Origin: Melioribacter roseus
GTDB taxonomy: Bacteria; Bacteroidota; Ignavibacteria; Ignavibacteriales; Melioribacteraceae
Length of the DNA stretch: 64,000 nucleotides
Direction of reading: 5' to 3'
NCBI GenBank assembly: GCA_020722065.1
Contig: DYLK01000001.1
Span: 16,387 to 80,386 of the forward strand
The stretch's first letter is position 1. Every line of letters starts with the position of its first letter. Positions 20,927-30,532 of this stretch are shown piece by piece. Under the pieces are notes generated by a model. The model worked only from the letters and a program-made list of their open reading frames with translations. It was not told the origin of the DNA and searched no databases. The translations under genes and the position numbers were made by a program.

Positions 20927-22606
20927 TTAAAAACGCAATTTCAACTTTTGGGAAGATGTTTTTCCTGTTAGAATTAGTTCTCTATTTGGAAAATCCACCA
21001 ATTTTAGATTAAAAATATTCCAACCAAAATTTGCTGAAATTACTGAAGATTCCATATTATTTTCGTTTTCAGAAATCGCAATTTCTTCATTTTGTTTACT
21101 GAAAAAATGAATTTGAATAAAATCACCATTTTTTATTGCAAAACTTATCGGTTTTGGTTCGTTATCAAGTAAGTTTTTCAAAACTGGAATTTCAACTTCA
21201 ACAATTCCCTCAGAAGAATCACTTTCATTCCATAATTCATCAACTGTTAGAATTTGAAATTTATTTAAAATTTTCTTCGGTTTCGGCATTGTTAAACTGA
21301 TTGAATTTGAATTTACGGGTAGCAAAGAAAGTAGAGTTTTTGACTTCAAATCAGAATTGTCTGAAATTTCATAAAATGAAAAATATTTAGGGGTAGTTGA
21401 GTCATCTTTTTCCCATAAAATTGTAAATGAATTGGGCTTTTCGGCGGGGAAATCTACATATAATTTTAAAATTGATGAAATAGTTGAATTAGAAAGCCAA
21501 GGCATTGCAGTTGGATAGGAAAAATGGTCGAATTCATCGAAATGAAAATCCTTGATGAAATTGTATCTAAAAAAACAAACTCCACTTGCTCCAACTTTAC
21601 GTGAAATATCAATCATTTCAGACATTTCAGAATAAACATCAGGCTTGTATGCTGCAATTCCGAGTACAATATTTTTTCTGTCGGAATTATTTACCCAATC
21701 TTCAGCCAAAATATCAAAACGGGGATTTCGGTTAATATTCCAATAAATTTGCGGTGTAAGATAATCCAACCAACCTTTTGCTATCCAATTTCTTGAATCT
21801 TGAAATACTGAAAAATAAGATTCTGAACCGCGAGCTTCTTTAAGATTTTTATAAATCCCGAATGGCGCAGCTCCGAGTTTAATTGTTTTATCAAACTGCC
21901 GTATGTTTTCACTTAATTGTTTTACAAATTTATTTAGATTTTCGCGTCTCCAATCGCCAAGTGATAATGAATCAGTATTCATCAAAGAATATGTTTGTGA
22001 ATCATCAAATTTTGTGTCGGGATAACGCAAAAAATCCATGTGAATTCCATCAACGTCATATTTTTGAGCAATTTCGGAAATAACTTGCACCATGTAATTT
22101 CTTGCTTCTGGAATTCCAAAATTCAGCCAATAACTAATTTCATCTTCTTTTTCACCAGCTTTAATTGTCCATTCTGGATGAATATTCAAAATGTGTTTCG
22201 GATGACGAAAAATATTTTGTTCAGACCCAGAATAAATTCTAACAACATTAACCCAAGCGTGAATTTCTAAATCATATTTACGTGCTAAATCGATTGCTAA
22301 TTGTAGTGGATCGTAAGTTGTAGTGTCGCCAACAATTCCAGAAATATAAGGTGAAAAAGGTATTATTTTAGATTTATAAAGTGCAGTATTTTTTGATAAA
22401 ACTTGAAAATAGACTGTATTAAAATTTTTTTTATGTAAATCAATAAAAATTTCTTCCAAAGCCGATTTTTGCTTTTCAGTATCAAAAGTCTGTGGAGGCC
22501 AATCTAATCTAAAATTTGTAGTAAGCCAAACTGCTCTTGTTTCTCTAATTGGTTGAGAAGAAAAAATGTTTGTAAAAAGGAGAATAGATAAGATGATTTC
22601 TTTCAT
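20927..22606 (-). CDS. Glycoside-hydrolase-like GHL10 (DUF187/YngK-type) secreted protein
   Basis: 559 aa with an N-terminal signal. RAVWLTTNFRLDWP and DGIHMDFLRYP are typical of the GHL10 TIM-barrel family. The C-terminal ~180 aa is unassigned. Confidence 0.65.
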   Translation of the reverse strand: MKEIILSILLFTNIFSSQPIRETRAVWLTTNFRLDWPPQTFDTEKQKSALEEIFIDLHKKNFNTVYFQVLSKNTALYKSKIIPFSPYISGIVGDTTTYDPLQLAIDLARKYDLEIHAWVNVVRIYSGSEQNIFRHPKHILNIHPEWTIKAGEKEDEISYWLNFGIPEARNYMVQVISEIAQKYDVDGIHMDFLRYPDTKFDDSQTYSLMNTDSLSLGDWRRENLNKFVKQLSENIRQFDKTIKLGAAPFGIYKNLKEARGSESYFSVFQDSRNWIAKGWLDYLTPQIYWNINRNPRFDILAEDWVNNSDRKNIVLGIAAYKPDVYSEMSEMIDISRKVGASGVCFFRYNFIKDFHFDEFDHFSYPTAMPWLSNSTISSILKLYVDFPAEKPNSFTILWEKDDSTTPKYFSFYEISDNSDLKSKTLLSLLPVNSNSISLTMPKPKKILNKFQILTVDELWNESDSSEGIVEVEIPVLKNLLDNEPKPISFAIKNGDFIQIHFFSKQNEEIAISENENNMESSVISANFGWNIFNLKLVDFPNRELILTGKTSSQKLKLRF

Positions 22607-23700
22607 TTCTTTACCAAATTAAATGTTTCGATAATTGCTAATTCAACGTTAGCTTGTTCTGATTCAAAACCTACTACAAGTTCGCCGAAGTTTATTGGAA
22701 GTACAAATTTTATTTTTCCACCGCGATTTTTTTTATCTCGTAATAGAATTGTGAAGATTTCATCCATTTCAATTTTGGGGAAATCTGCTCCAAAATCTAC
22801 TTTTTGAATTATTTTTGCAATTTGGGATGATAAGTTAATACCTGGAAGATTTTCAATCTCAGATAATCTGCTTGCTGAAAATAATCCTAAAAGGACAGCT
22901 TTCCCGTGAGTAATTTTATGATTTGTTATAATTTCGTAAGCGTGAGCAAAAGTGTGTCCAAGATTTAATATTTGTCGCATTCCACTTTCTTTTTCATCAT
23001 TTTTGACAATGTTGATTTTCATCTCAACTGCTTTTTGAATTATTTTCTGTGGAATTTCTACGGAATTATCTATCAAAATTTTATTAAAAATGGTTTTTAT
23101 CTTATTGAAATAGCTTTTTTCATTCAAAATGCCATATTTGAACAATTCTCCAAATCCCGAAATAATTTCTTCTTTTGCAAGAGAATTTAGAAAATAAGTG
23201 TCAGTAAAAATGAATTCTGGATGGTAAAATGTTCCAACAAGATTTTTAGTTTCGCCAAAATTAATACCAGTTTTTCCTCCGATTGAACTATCAACAATTG
23301 CTAATAAAGTTGTTGGAACATGTGCGAATTTAATTCCACGTGCATATATTGAAGCAACAAATCCAGATAAATCGCCAACAATTCCTCCGCCAATTGCCAC
23401 TAAAAAAGTATCACGTCCGTAGGAATTTTTTATTAAATCTTGAAGAATATCCTGTGCAGAATCAATTGTTTTGTTTGATTCTTTAGATTTTAAAATATAT
23501 TTACTTGAATTTGGGAATTTTTGAATTACATCGAGCAATTCATTTTGATAAAACTTAAATACATTTTTATCGATTATAAAATAAAATCTTTCTGTAATTT
23601 TACGGGATTTTGTGTAATCGAAGAAATTTTCAAAAAAAGATGAAAATACTATATCGATTTGCTTTTCAGACTTAAGTGAATATTTAATATTTTTCATCAA
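22603..23700 (-). CDS. aroB: 3-dehydroquinate synthase
   Basis: 365 aa. Motifs GGGIVGDLSGFVASIYARGI.F..VPTTLLA.VDSSIGGKTG.N and LNLGHTFAHA. Confidence 0.93.
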   Translation of the reverse strand: MMKNIKYSLKSEKQIDIVFSSFFENFFDYTKSRKITERFYFIIDKNVFKFYQNELLDVIQKFPNSSKYILKSKESNKTIDSAQDILQDLIKNSYGRDTFLVAIGGGIVGDLSGFVASIYARGIKFAHVPTTLLAIVDSSIGGKTGINFGETKNLVGTFYHPEFIFTDTYFLNSLAKEEIISGFGELFKYGILNEKSYFNKIKTIFNKILIDNSVEIPQKIIQKAVEMKINIVKNDEKESGMRQILNLGHTFAHAYEIITNHKITHGKAVLLGLFSASRLSEIENLPGINLSSQIAKIIQKVDFGADFPKIEMDEIFTILLRDKKNRGGKIKFVLPINFGELVVGFESEQANVELAIIETFNLVKK

Positions 23701-24244
23701 TTCTCCGTTTAATTTTTTTTACGATAATATCGATTGTTTTCCCAATTTGTTGTGTGTCAGATGAAATCTGAATTTCTGCGGATTTGTAAATTGGTTCTCT
23801 TTTTGAAAACAGTTTATTAATTCTTGTCATAAAATCTTCTTTTGTTGCCACATCTGAAAGGACCAAATCACGAATTAATGGACGGTCAATTTTTCGTTTT
23901 AGTCTCTGATATAAATTTTCTAAAGAGACAGAAAGGTAAATTGAAAGCCCAATTTCTGATATTTTTTTAATAATATTCGCATTTTCAACTGTTCCGCCAC
24001 CAAGCGAAATTACGATGAATTCCTTTTCGCAAATCTCAAAAAATATCTTTTCTTCTAATTCACGGAAATATTTTTCTCCTTTTTTTTCGAAGATTTGAGT
24101 TATTTTCATATTTTCTGATTGTTCAATCACTTTATCTAAATCTGCAAAATCCCAGCCTAAAACATTGGCTAAAATTTTCCCAAGTGTAGATTTGCCACTT
24201 GTCATAAATCCCATCAAAAAAATTCTGCGGTTATTTGTTTTCAT
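23684..24244 (-). CDS. aroK: Shikimate kinase
   Basis: The track ORF extends to 24295. The likely start is ATG 24244 (MKTNNRRIFLMGFMTSGKSTLGK), which puts Walker A near the N-terminus as in AroK. Further motifs are LGGG and R.PL. Confidence 0.88.
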   Translation of the reverse strand: MKTNNRRIFLMGFMTSGKSTLGKILANVLGWDFADLDKVIEQSENMKITQIFEKKGEKYFRELEEKIFFEICEKEFIVISLGGGTVENANIIKKISEIGLSIYLSVSLENLYQRLKRKIDRPLIRDLVLSDVATKEDFMTRINKLFSKREPIYKSAEIQISSDTQQIGKTIDIIVKKIKRRIDEKY

Positions 24245-24761
24245 CAAAAAATAGTTTTTTATTAAGAAAAGGAACAAGTGCCATAATAATCCCACTTACA
24301 TACAAATCTTTTCGTTTGAAAATATTTTGGGTAAAATATCCAATTGCCCCGCCTTTTGTTTTGGTATTTTTTTCACCCGAACATTCATCAATAACATCAC
24401 CTAATTCCATTCCATTTTTCAATTTTTCAATAATCTTGTCAGTTAATTGATAATGTGGAGAAGTTCCAAGTGCTAATTTCCCTTCGGAATTGAGAATTGC
24501 AATTACTCCAAACCCGAACCAAATATTATGAATTTTATCAACACCACCTTCAATTCCAACATAAAAATCTGCTGAATTATTTTTTGCGAGCGAAAAAGCT
24601 CGGTTTTTTGCCCCGATAAAAACATCTTCGCCAAAAGGTTGATTTGATACCAATGAGTTTGTTGCAATTCCTTCAACAGAAAAATCTTCATAAAAATTGG
24701 AAAAGGCTTCGGCAGTTGCACTAATTTTTACAATATTTTCAGATGCGACAAGTATTTTCAT
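24231..24761 (-). CDS. Inosine/xanthosine triphosphatase (YjjX / DUF84 NTPase family)
   Basis: 176 aa. The pattern MKILVASENIVKISA....F........G....S.VS.QPFGE, then VGIEGG, then a C-terminal block GDVID.....KNTK.KGGAIGYFT fits the YjjX family. Confidence 0.75.
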   Translation of the reverse strand: MKILVASENIVKISATAEAFSNFYEDFSVEGIATNSLVSNQPFGEDVFIGAKNRAFSLAKNNSADFYVGIEGGVDKIHNIWFGFGVIAILNSEGKLALGTSPHYQLTDKIIEKLKNGMELGDVIDECSGEKNTKTKGGAIGYFTQNIFKRKDLYVSGIIMALVPFLNKKLFFDENK

Positions 24762-25042
24762 TTTTGCGATAAATATTTTTTTCTTTGTTCAGTAAATTCC
24801 CACCATTTTTTGGATTTCCCACCTTCCATAAAATCAATTGCTGCAAGAAAAACATCAACAACACATTTATCTTTCTTTGAAGGAGTTAATTTACAGAGAT
24901 CATCAAATAATTGATAAGCATTTTTCCCGATTAAATCTTTCGGTTCAAGAATTCCCAGTAGAAAAAAATCTGATTCAGTTGCTTTCCCAACATTTGGGAT
25001 ATCAGTAAAATTATTGACAAAAGATGAATTTTCTGCTTTCAT
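24758..25042 (-). CDS. Helix-hairpin-helix protein (Cdd1 / mitomycin-resistance McrB-like family)
   Basis: 94 aa. The sequence DIPNVGKATESDFFLLGI..PKDL.GKNAYQLFDDLC......KDKCVVDVFLAAIDFMEGG.SKKWWEFT matches my recollection of this small HhH family. Confidence 0.6.
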   Translation of the reverse strand: MKAENSSFVNNFTDIPNVGKATESDFFLLGILEPKDLIGKNAYQLFDDLCKLTPSKKDKCVVDVFLAAIDFMEGGKSKKWWEFTEQRKKYLSQK

Positions 25043-25623
25043 TAAACCTCGTTATAGCGAAAACAAGTTATTAAATGGTCATTTATCATTCCAGCTGCTT
25101 GCATATAAGCATAACAAATTGTTGAGCCGACAAAACTAAATCCACGTTTTTTGAGCGATTTGCTCATTTCATCTGATTGGTTTGAACTTGCGGGAAGTTG
25201 CTTAATATCTTCCCATTTATTTACAATTGTTTTGTAATCAGTAAATTGCCAAATGAATTTATCAAATGAACCAAATTCTTCCTGAATTTTAAGAAAAGCT
25301 TTTGCATTTTGAATTGCACTTCTAATTTTGAGATTATTACGTATTATTCCAGAATTTTGGAGCAATTGATTGATTTCTGTTTCTCCAAAATTTGCAACTA
25401 TTTCGGGATTGAAATTAACGAATACTTTTCTGTAATTTTCTCGTTTTTTTAACACCGTTAACCAACTTAATCCAGCTTGAGCTGCATCGAGAATAAGAAA
25501 TTCGAAATGTTTTTTATCATCGTGAACAGGAACTCCCCATTCTTTATCGTGGTATTCAACGTAAATTGAATCGGATAAACACCATTGACATCGGGACTTT
25601 TCTGTATGATTTAATTCTGTCAT
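25042..25623 (-). CDS. tag: DNA-3-methyladenine glycosylase I
   Basis: 193 aa. Motifs RCQWC..D..YVEYHDKEWGVP, FE.L.L...QAGLSW and a C-terminal ..H...CF. Confidence 0.93.
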   Translation of the reverse strand: MTELNHTEKSRCQWCLSDSIYVEYHDKEWGVPVHDDKKHFEFLILDAAQAGLSWLTVLKKRENYRKVFVNFNPEIVANFGETEINQLLQNSGIIRNNLKIRSAIQNAKAFLKIQEEFGSFDKFIWQFTDYKTIVNKWEDIKQLPASSNQSDEMSKSLKKRGFSFVGSTICYAYMQAAGMINDHLITCFRYNEV

Positions 25624-25712
25624 ATTTTTTACAAATGATTTATTGTTCCAAAATATTGATTATTTATAAAATATAGAAGAATTATTTGGGAGAACTCTAA
25701 ATATTTTAAAAT

Positions 25713-25750
25713 AAAAAAAGGGAACTTCGGTTAGAAAATTCCCTTTTTTG
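25713..25750 (-). terminator. Rho-independent terminator after dnaK
   Basis: The sequence AAAAAAAGGGAA-cttcggttagaaaa-TTCCCTTTTTTG has a perfect 8-bp GGGAA-containing core stem flanked by A/T runs. It lies 24 nt past the dnaK stop, and on the minus strand the stem is followed by TTTTTTT. Confidence 0.75.
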
Positions 25751-25773
25751 TATTGATGTATATGGAAATTTAA

Positions 25774-27717
25774 CTATTTTGTGTCATCATCCACAACTTC
25801 GTATGAAGCATCTTCAACATCTTTTGCTTTATTTTGATTTGCTTGTTCATGGGCATTTTTTGCAGCCTCATTAGCATTGAAGTTTGGATCGAAACCAGCA
25901 CCTTGTTGCTGTCCACCACCTTGTTGATAAAGTTTTGGAGCAATTTCATTCCAAACTTTGTTCAAACTATCGGTAGCAGATTTGATACTTTCGGTATTAT
26001 TTGAAGCAATTGCATCTTCAATTTTCTTAATTTCAGATTCCAAACGTGCTTTATCGCCAGATTCAAGTTTATCTTTCAATTCTTCCATTTGCTTTTTCGT
26101 TTGGAAGACAAGATTATCAGCATTGTTCTTAATTTCAATAGCTTCTTTTTTCTTTTTGTCTTCAGCCGCAAATTCTTTTGCTTGATTTTTCATTTTTTCA
26201 ACTTCATCTTTTGACAAACCGCTTGAAGAAGTTATTCTAATACTTTGTTCTTTTCCTGTGGCTTTATCTTTTGCAGCAACGTGTAAAATCCCGTTTGCAT
26301 CGATATCAAAAGTAACTTCAATTTGTGGAACACCTCGTGGTGCTGGTGGAAGTCCATCAAGATGGAAACGACCCAGAGTTCTGTTATCAGCTGCCATTGG
26401 TCTTTCACCTTGTAGAATATGAATTTCCACAGAAGGTTGGTTATCAGAGGCAGTTGAGAAAACTTCACTTTTCTTGGTAGGAATTGTTGTGTTTGATTCT
26501 ATTAATTTAGTCATAACTCCGCCAAGAGTTTCAATTCCAAGTGAAAGAGGAGTAACATCGAGTAGAAGTACATCTTGAACATCACCAGCAAGTACACCGC
26601 CTTGAATTGCGGCGCCAACTGCAACAACTTCATCTGGATTTACACCTCTGTGCGGTTCTTTTTTGAAAATTCTTTTTACAATTTCTTGTACCATTGGAAC
26701 GCGAGTTGAACCGCCCACAAGAATTACTTCGTTAATCTGAGAAACTGAAACGCCAGCATCACGAATTGCATTTTCACAAGGAATAGCAGTTCGCTCAACC
26801 AAATCGTTAATCAATTGTTCAAATTTTGCTCGAGTAATTGAAATATTCATGTGTTTCGGACCTTCTTGCGTTGCTGTGATAAATGGTAAATTTACATCAC
26901 TTTGCATAGAAGACGAAAGTTCAATTTTTGTTTTTTCAGCAGCTTCTTTTAGTCTTTGAAGTGCCATAGGATCATTTCGTAAATCTATTCCTTCTATGCG
27001 TTTAAATTCTTCAGCTAAATAATCAATTAATCTTTGGTCAAAATCATCGCCACCAAGATGTGTATCGCCATTAGTTGATTTTACTTCAAAAACACCATCC
27101 CCAAGTTGAAGAATTGAAATATCAAACGTACCACCGCCCAAATCGTAAACAGCTACAAGTTGCTCTTTATTTTTTTTGTCTAAACCATAAGCAAGTGCTG
27201 CGGCAGTTGGTTCATTAATAATTCTGCGGACATTTAATCCAGCAATTTCGCCAGCATCTTTTGTAGCTTGACGTTGGGCATCGTTAAAATATGCAGGAAC
27301 AGTAATTACAGCTTCTGTAACATCTTGTCCAAGATATTCTTCAGCCGTTTTTTTCATCTTTTGTAAAATCATTGCAGAAATTTCTGGCGGGGAATAAAGT
27401 CTATCATCAATTTTAATTCTTGCAGAATCACCATCTCCACCCACAACTTTGTAAGGGACTTCTTGTTGTTCGCGTGAAATTTCATTTAATTTTCTTCCCA
27501 TAAATCTTTTCACTGAAAAGATTGTGTTATGTGGATTTGTAACAGCTTGTCTTTTTGCTGGTTGACCAACTAATCGTTCACCGTTTTTAGTAAATGCAAC
27601 GACAGAAGGTGTAGTTCTCCCACCTTCGGAATTTGGAATTACTACAGGCTCATTGCCTTCCATAACTGAAACGCATGAATTAGTTGTTCCAAGATCGATA
27701 CCTATTATTTTTCCCAT
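25774..27717 (-). CDS. dnaK: Molecular chaperone DnaK (Hsp70)
   Basis: The track ORF extends to 27774. The canonical start is ATG 27717 ([14 protein letters not shown]), which has AGGAGAA upstream. Further motifs are DLGGGTFD and [10 protein letters not shown]. Confidence 0.98.
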   Translation of the reverse strand: MGKIIGIDLGTTNSCVSVMEGNEPVVIPNSEGGRTTPSVVAFTKNGERLVGQPAKRQAVTNPHNTIFSVKRFMGRKLNEISREQQEVPYKVVGGDGDSARIKIDDRLYSPPEISAMILQKMKKTAEEYLGQDVTEAVITVPAYFNDAQRQATKDAGEIAGLNVRRIINEPTAAALAYGLDKKNKEQLVAVYDLGGGTFDISILQLGDGVFEVKSTNGDTHLGGDDFDQRLIDYLAEEFKRIEGIDLRNDPMALQRLKEAAEKTKIELSSSMQSDVNLPFITATQEGPKHMNISITRAKFEQLINDLVERTAIPCENAIRDAGVSVSQINEVILVGGSTRVPMVQEIVKRIFKKEPHRGVNPDEVVAVGAAIQGGVLAGDVQDVLLLDVTPLSLGIETLGGVMTKLIESNTTIPTKKSEVFSTASDNQPSVEIHILQGERPMAADNRTLGRFHLDGLPPAPRGVPQIEVTFDIDANGILHVAAKDKATGKEQSIRITSSSGLSKDEVEKMKNQAKEFAAEDKKKKEAIEIKNNADNLVFQTKKQMEELKDKLESGDKARLESEIKKIEDAIASNNTESIKSATDSLNKVWNEIAPKLYQQGGGQQQGAGFDPNFNANEAAKNAHEQANQNKAKDVEDASYEVVDDDTK

Positions 27718-27789
27718 ATTTTCTCCTATAATTTGTTGAAAGCCAGAAGCTATAGGATTTCTTCCAGCTTTCAATTGGGTTAACCGTTG

Positions 27790-28200
27790 TTAATTAATTT
27801 CAATGTTTATTTCTTTTTTTTGTTCTGGTTTAAGTTTGTTTAATGAAATTGTCAGAATTCCATTTGTAAATTCGGCGTTAATATTTGATTTATCAATATT
27901 TTCAGGTAATTCAAATTCACGATTAAAAATACCAAACATACGTTCAGAATTTATGAATGTATTATCATTCCTGAAATTTTTCTTTTCACCTTCAATCTTC
28001 AAAGTGTTATCTTTCAATGTAATCTTTACATCTTTTTTCTCGATTCCGGCAATTTCAACATCTACAAAGTAATTTTCGGTATTCTCAGAAATGTCTATTT
28101 TGGGTGAAAATTTATTTTCATCAAAAATGTTTGAAAAAAGATTTGTAAAATTATTCAAGTTATTTTCATTTAAGATTTGTTCAAAATGTTTGTAATTCAT
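27790..28200 (-). CDS. Hsp20/alpha-crystallin family small heat-shock protein
   Basis: 136 aa. The alpha-crystallin core is PKIDISENTENYFVDVEIAGIEKKDVKITLKDNTLKIEGEKK...F.REFELP..ID...I.AEF.NGILTISL. Confidence 0.9.
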   Translation of the reverse strand: MNYKHFEQILNENNLNNFTNLFSNIFDENKFSPKIDISENTENYFVDVEIAGIEKKDVKITLKDNTLKIEGEKKNFRNDNTFINSERMFGIFNREFELPENIDKSNINAEFTNGILTISLNKLKPEQKKEINIEIN

Positions 28201-28230
28201 TATATTTCCTTTTTTTGAGCATTTATATAA

Positions 28231-28245
28231 TCAATTCACGTGCCA
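28231..28245 (-). promoter_or_regulatory. Sigma-54-like -24/-12 promoter element upstream of hsp20-dnaK
   Basis: The minus strand reads CTTGGCACGTGAATTGAT, i.e. TGGCAC-N5-TTGA against the consensus TGGCAC-N5-TTGC. Spacing is correct and only the final C is mismatched. It lies about 30 nt upstream of the hsp20 ATG (28200), with AGGAAA between them. Confidence 0.35.
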
Positions 28246-28401
28246 AGAATTTATATTGTGGATAAGTTATTATTTTATAAGATATTAGGTTAAATTTAGT
28301 TTAATGAAGAATATTAAGAAATAATTTATTATACATTTAATTTGTCGATAAAGATGTAAATATGTCGCATATTATGAAAAATATACATAACGGAGGTTTG
28401 T

Positions 28402-29181
28402 TTGTTTAATTTAGAAAATTTTGATATAAAATTAGATACTGAATATCTTGGAAGAGAATTTATTTATTTCGAAGAAGTTGATTCTACAAATAATGAGTTG
28501 ATGAAATATCCTGAATTACTGCCCAATGGAGCAGTTTTATTAGCAGAATCTCAAACAAATGGCAAAGGAAGAACAGGCAAAACTTGGATTTCAAATCCAG
28601 AGCAAAATCTAACTTTTTCTATTTTACTGAATGAAGATTTGGATAAATTTTCGTTGCCTCTATTAAATTTAACAACTGCACTTTCTGTTGGACAAGCTAT
28701 TGAAAACTTGTTTCAACTTGACATTAATCTGAAATGGCCAAATGATGTTTTAGTTAAAAATAATAAGATTGCAGGAATTCTTGTTGAATCTAAAAGTAAA
28801 AGTAATTTGATAGAAAAAGTAATAATTGGAATTGGAATCAATGTGAATCAACCAATTTTTAAGGGAAATTTTGAAATTCACCCAACTTCAGTACTTAAAG
28901 AATTAAAAAGGGAAGTAAGTAGAGAACGATTACTGAGTGAGTTTTTAAATATTTTTGAAGAAAATATTGAAACGCTTGTATATAATCCAAAAGAAATTTT
29001 ACAAAATTGGAAGAATAAATGTAAAATGCTTGATGGAAAAATTAAGATTATAAATGGAGAAATTGTAAAAGTAGGTAAATTTATAGATGTAGATAACGAA
29101 GGATTTTTAGTTCTTAGAAAAAATGATAATTCACTCGAAACTATTGCTTTCGGAGATGTATCTATACGAGAACAAGATTAA
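28402..29181 (+). CDS. birA: Biotin-[acetyl-CoA-carboxylase] ligase, group I (no N-terminal HTH)
   Basis: 259 aa. Motifs GKGRTGKTW (the GRGRxGRxW motif), KWPNDV and KIAGILVE. TTG start with GGAGG 5 nt upstream. Confidence 0.9.
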   Translation: MFNLENFDIKLDTEYLGREFIYFEEVDSTNNELMKYPELLPNGAVLLAESQTNGKGRTGKTWISNPEQNLTFSILLNEDLDKFSLPLLNLTTALSVGQAIENLFQLDINLKWPNDVLVKNNKIAGILVESKSKSNLIEKVIIGIGINVNQPIFKGNFEIHPTSVLKELKREVSRERLLSEFLNIFEENIETLVYNPKEILQNWKNKCKMLDGKIKIINGEIVKVGKFIDVDNEGFLVLRKNDNSLETIAFGDVSIREQD

Positions 29182-29183
29182 AA

Positions 29184-30428
29184 TCAGTTTACATTATAAA
29201 TAATTTCACCTTTTTTTATGGTTTTATCTACAATATTTTGCCCAATATTATAAAATAAATCTGAATAATTTGGACTTTGAAGTACAACAAAATCAGCTTT
29301 TTTGCCAATTTCTAAACTTCCGATATTAGCTTCCATTTTTAGAGCTTTTGCTGCATTAATTGTACATGCTGAAATAATTTCCTCGAAGGACATCTTCATT
29401 CGCATTGCTGCAAGTTGCATAATAAAATGAAAATTTAGAATGTGTGAGGACCCAGGGTTAAAGTCAGTTGCAAGTGCGACGATTGCATTATTATCAATTA
29501 ATTTTCTTGCGGGAGCGAAATTATAATTTAAAAAGAAAGACACTCCAGGTAACAAAGTTGCAACTGTTTCAGAATTTGATAGAAGCGAAATACCATTTTG
29601 AGTTAATACTTCAAGATGATCAACACTAACTGCTTTATTTTTTAGAGCAATATTCAACCCACCAATTTCGTTAAATTGTTCTGTATGTAATTTAAGTGAA
29701 AATCCGAGTTCATTAGCTTTTTGAAAAATAATATCAACTTCTGTAGGAGAAAAAGCAGTTGTTTCGCAAAAAGCGTCAACAAATTCTGCTAAATTATTTT
29801 CTTTTATAAAAGGAAGCATTTCTTCTGTAATCAAAGAAATATATTTTGATTTATCATTTTGATATTCAGGCGGGAAAGTGTGTGCCCCAAGAAAAGTTGA
29901 GACAATATCAATGCTAAATTCATTTTTCAATTGCTTAATGACTTGCAGAATTTTTATTTCATCTGAAAAACTTAATCCATAACCACTTTTAATTTCAAGC
30001 GTTGTTATTCCTTGCTCAATAAATTTTTGAATGCGTATTCTTGAATTATGTACGAGTTCTTCGATCGATGAATCTCTAACTGATTTTACAGTATGTAAAA
30101 TCCCACCCCCATTTTTTGCAATTTCCTCATAAGAAATTCCACTTAATTTCAATTTAAATTCATTTGAACGCGAACCAGAAAACACCAAATGAGTGTGCGA
30201 TTCCACAAATCCAGGTAAAATACATTTATTCGTCAAATCGATTATATCTTTGTAATCATCCAAAACCAATTCAGAATTTTTAGGAAATTCTAGTATAATG
30301 CCATTTTCAACTAAAATTGAATGATTTTCTAAGATTGAAATCTCATTCATTTCATTTCCTCTTAAAAAAAATTTTCCAGCAGTATTTGCTGTAACAATTT
30401 GTGAAGGATTATAAAATAGTCTTTTCAT
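29184..30428 (-). CDS. hutI: Imidazolonepropionase
   Basis: 414 aa amidohydrolase. Motifs PGFVESHTHLVFSG.R, EIKSGYGL, LKLH.EQ and ATDFNPGS. Confidence 0.88.
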   Translation of the reverse strand: MKRLFYNPSQIVTANTAGKFFLRGNEMNEISILENHSILVENGIILEFPKNSELVLDDYKDIIDLTNKCILPGFVESHTHLVFSGSRSNEFKLKLSGISYEEIAKNGGGILHTVKSVRDSSIEELVHNSRIRIQKFIEQGITTLEIKSGYGLSFSDEIKILQVIKQLKNEFSIDIVSTFLGAHTFPPEYQNDKSKYISLITEEMLPFIKENNLAEFVDAFCETTAFSPTEVDIIFQKANELGFSLKLHTEQFNEIGGLNIALKNKAVSVDHLEVLTQNGISLLSNSETVATLLPGVSFFLNYNFAPARKLIDNNAIVALATDFNPGSSHILNFHFIMQLAAMRMKMSFEEIISACTINAAKALKMEANIGSLEIGKKADFVVLQSPNYSDLFYNIGQNIVDKTIKKGEIIYNVN

Positions 30429-30466
30429 TTTTAGTCAACTTAATTTAATACTTAAATATGCTATTT

Positions 30467-30485
30467 TTTTGGCTCTGAGCCAAAA
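30467..30485. promoter_or_regulatory. Perfect 19-bp palindrome in the hutI/glgA divergent intergenic region (candidate operator)
   Basis: TTTTGGCTC-T-GAGCCAAAA has 9-bp arms around a single central base. It sits in a 104-bp spacer between two divergent start codons and is relatively GC-rich for this genome. Confidence 0.35.
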
Positions 30486-30532
30486 TTTACATATTTTCCA
30501 AGTCAGAATTTTAAAAAATAATTGGCTAAAAA

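Noticed and set aside
27718-28401. A CIRCE (TTAGCACTC-N9-GAGTGCTAA) HrcA operator upstream of hsp20 or dnaK.
   Set aside because: No match to either half-site on either strand in the two upstream regions.
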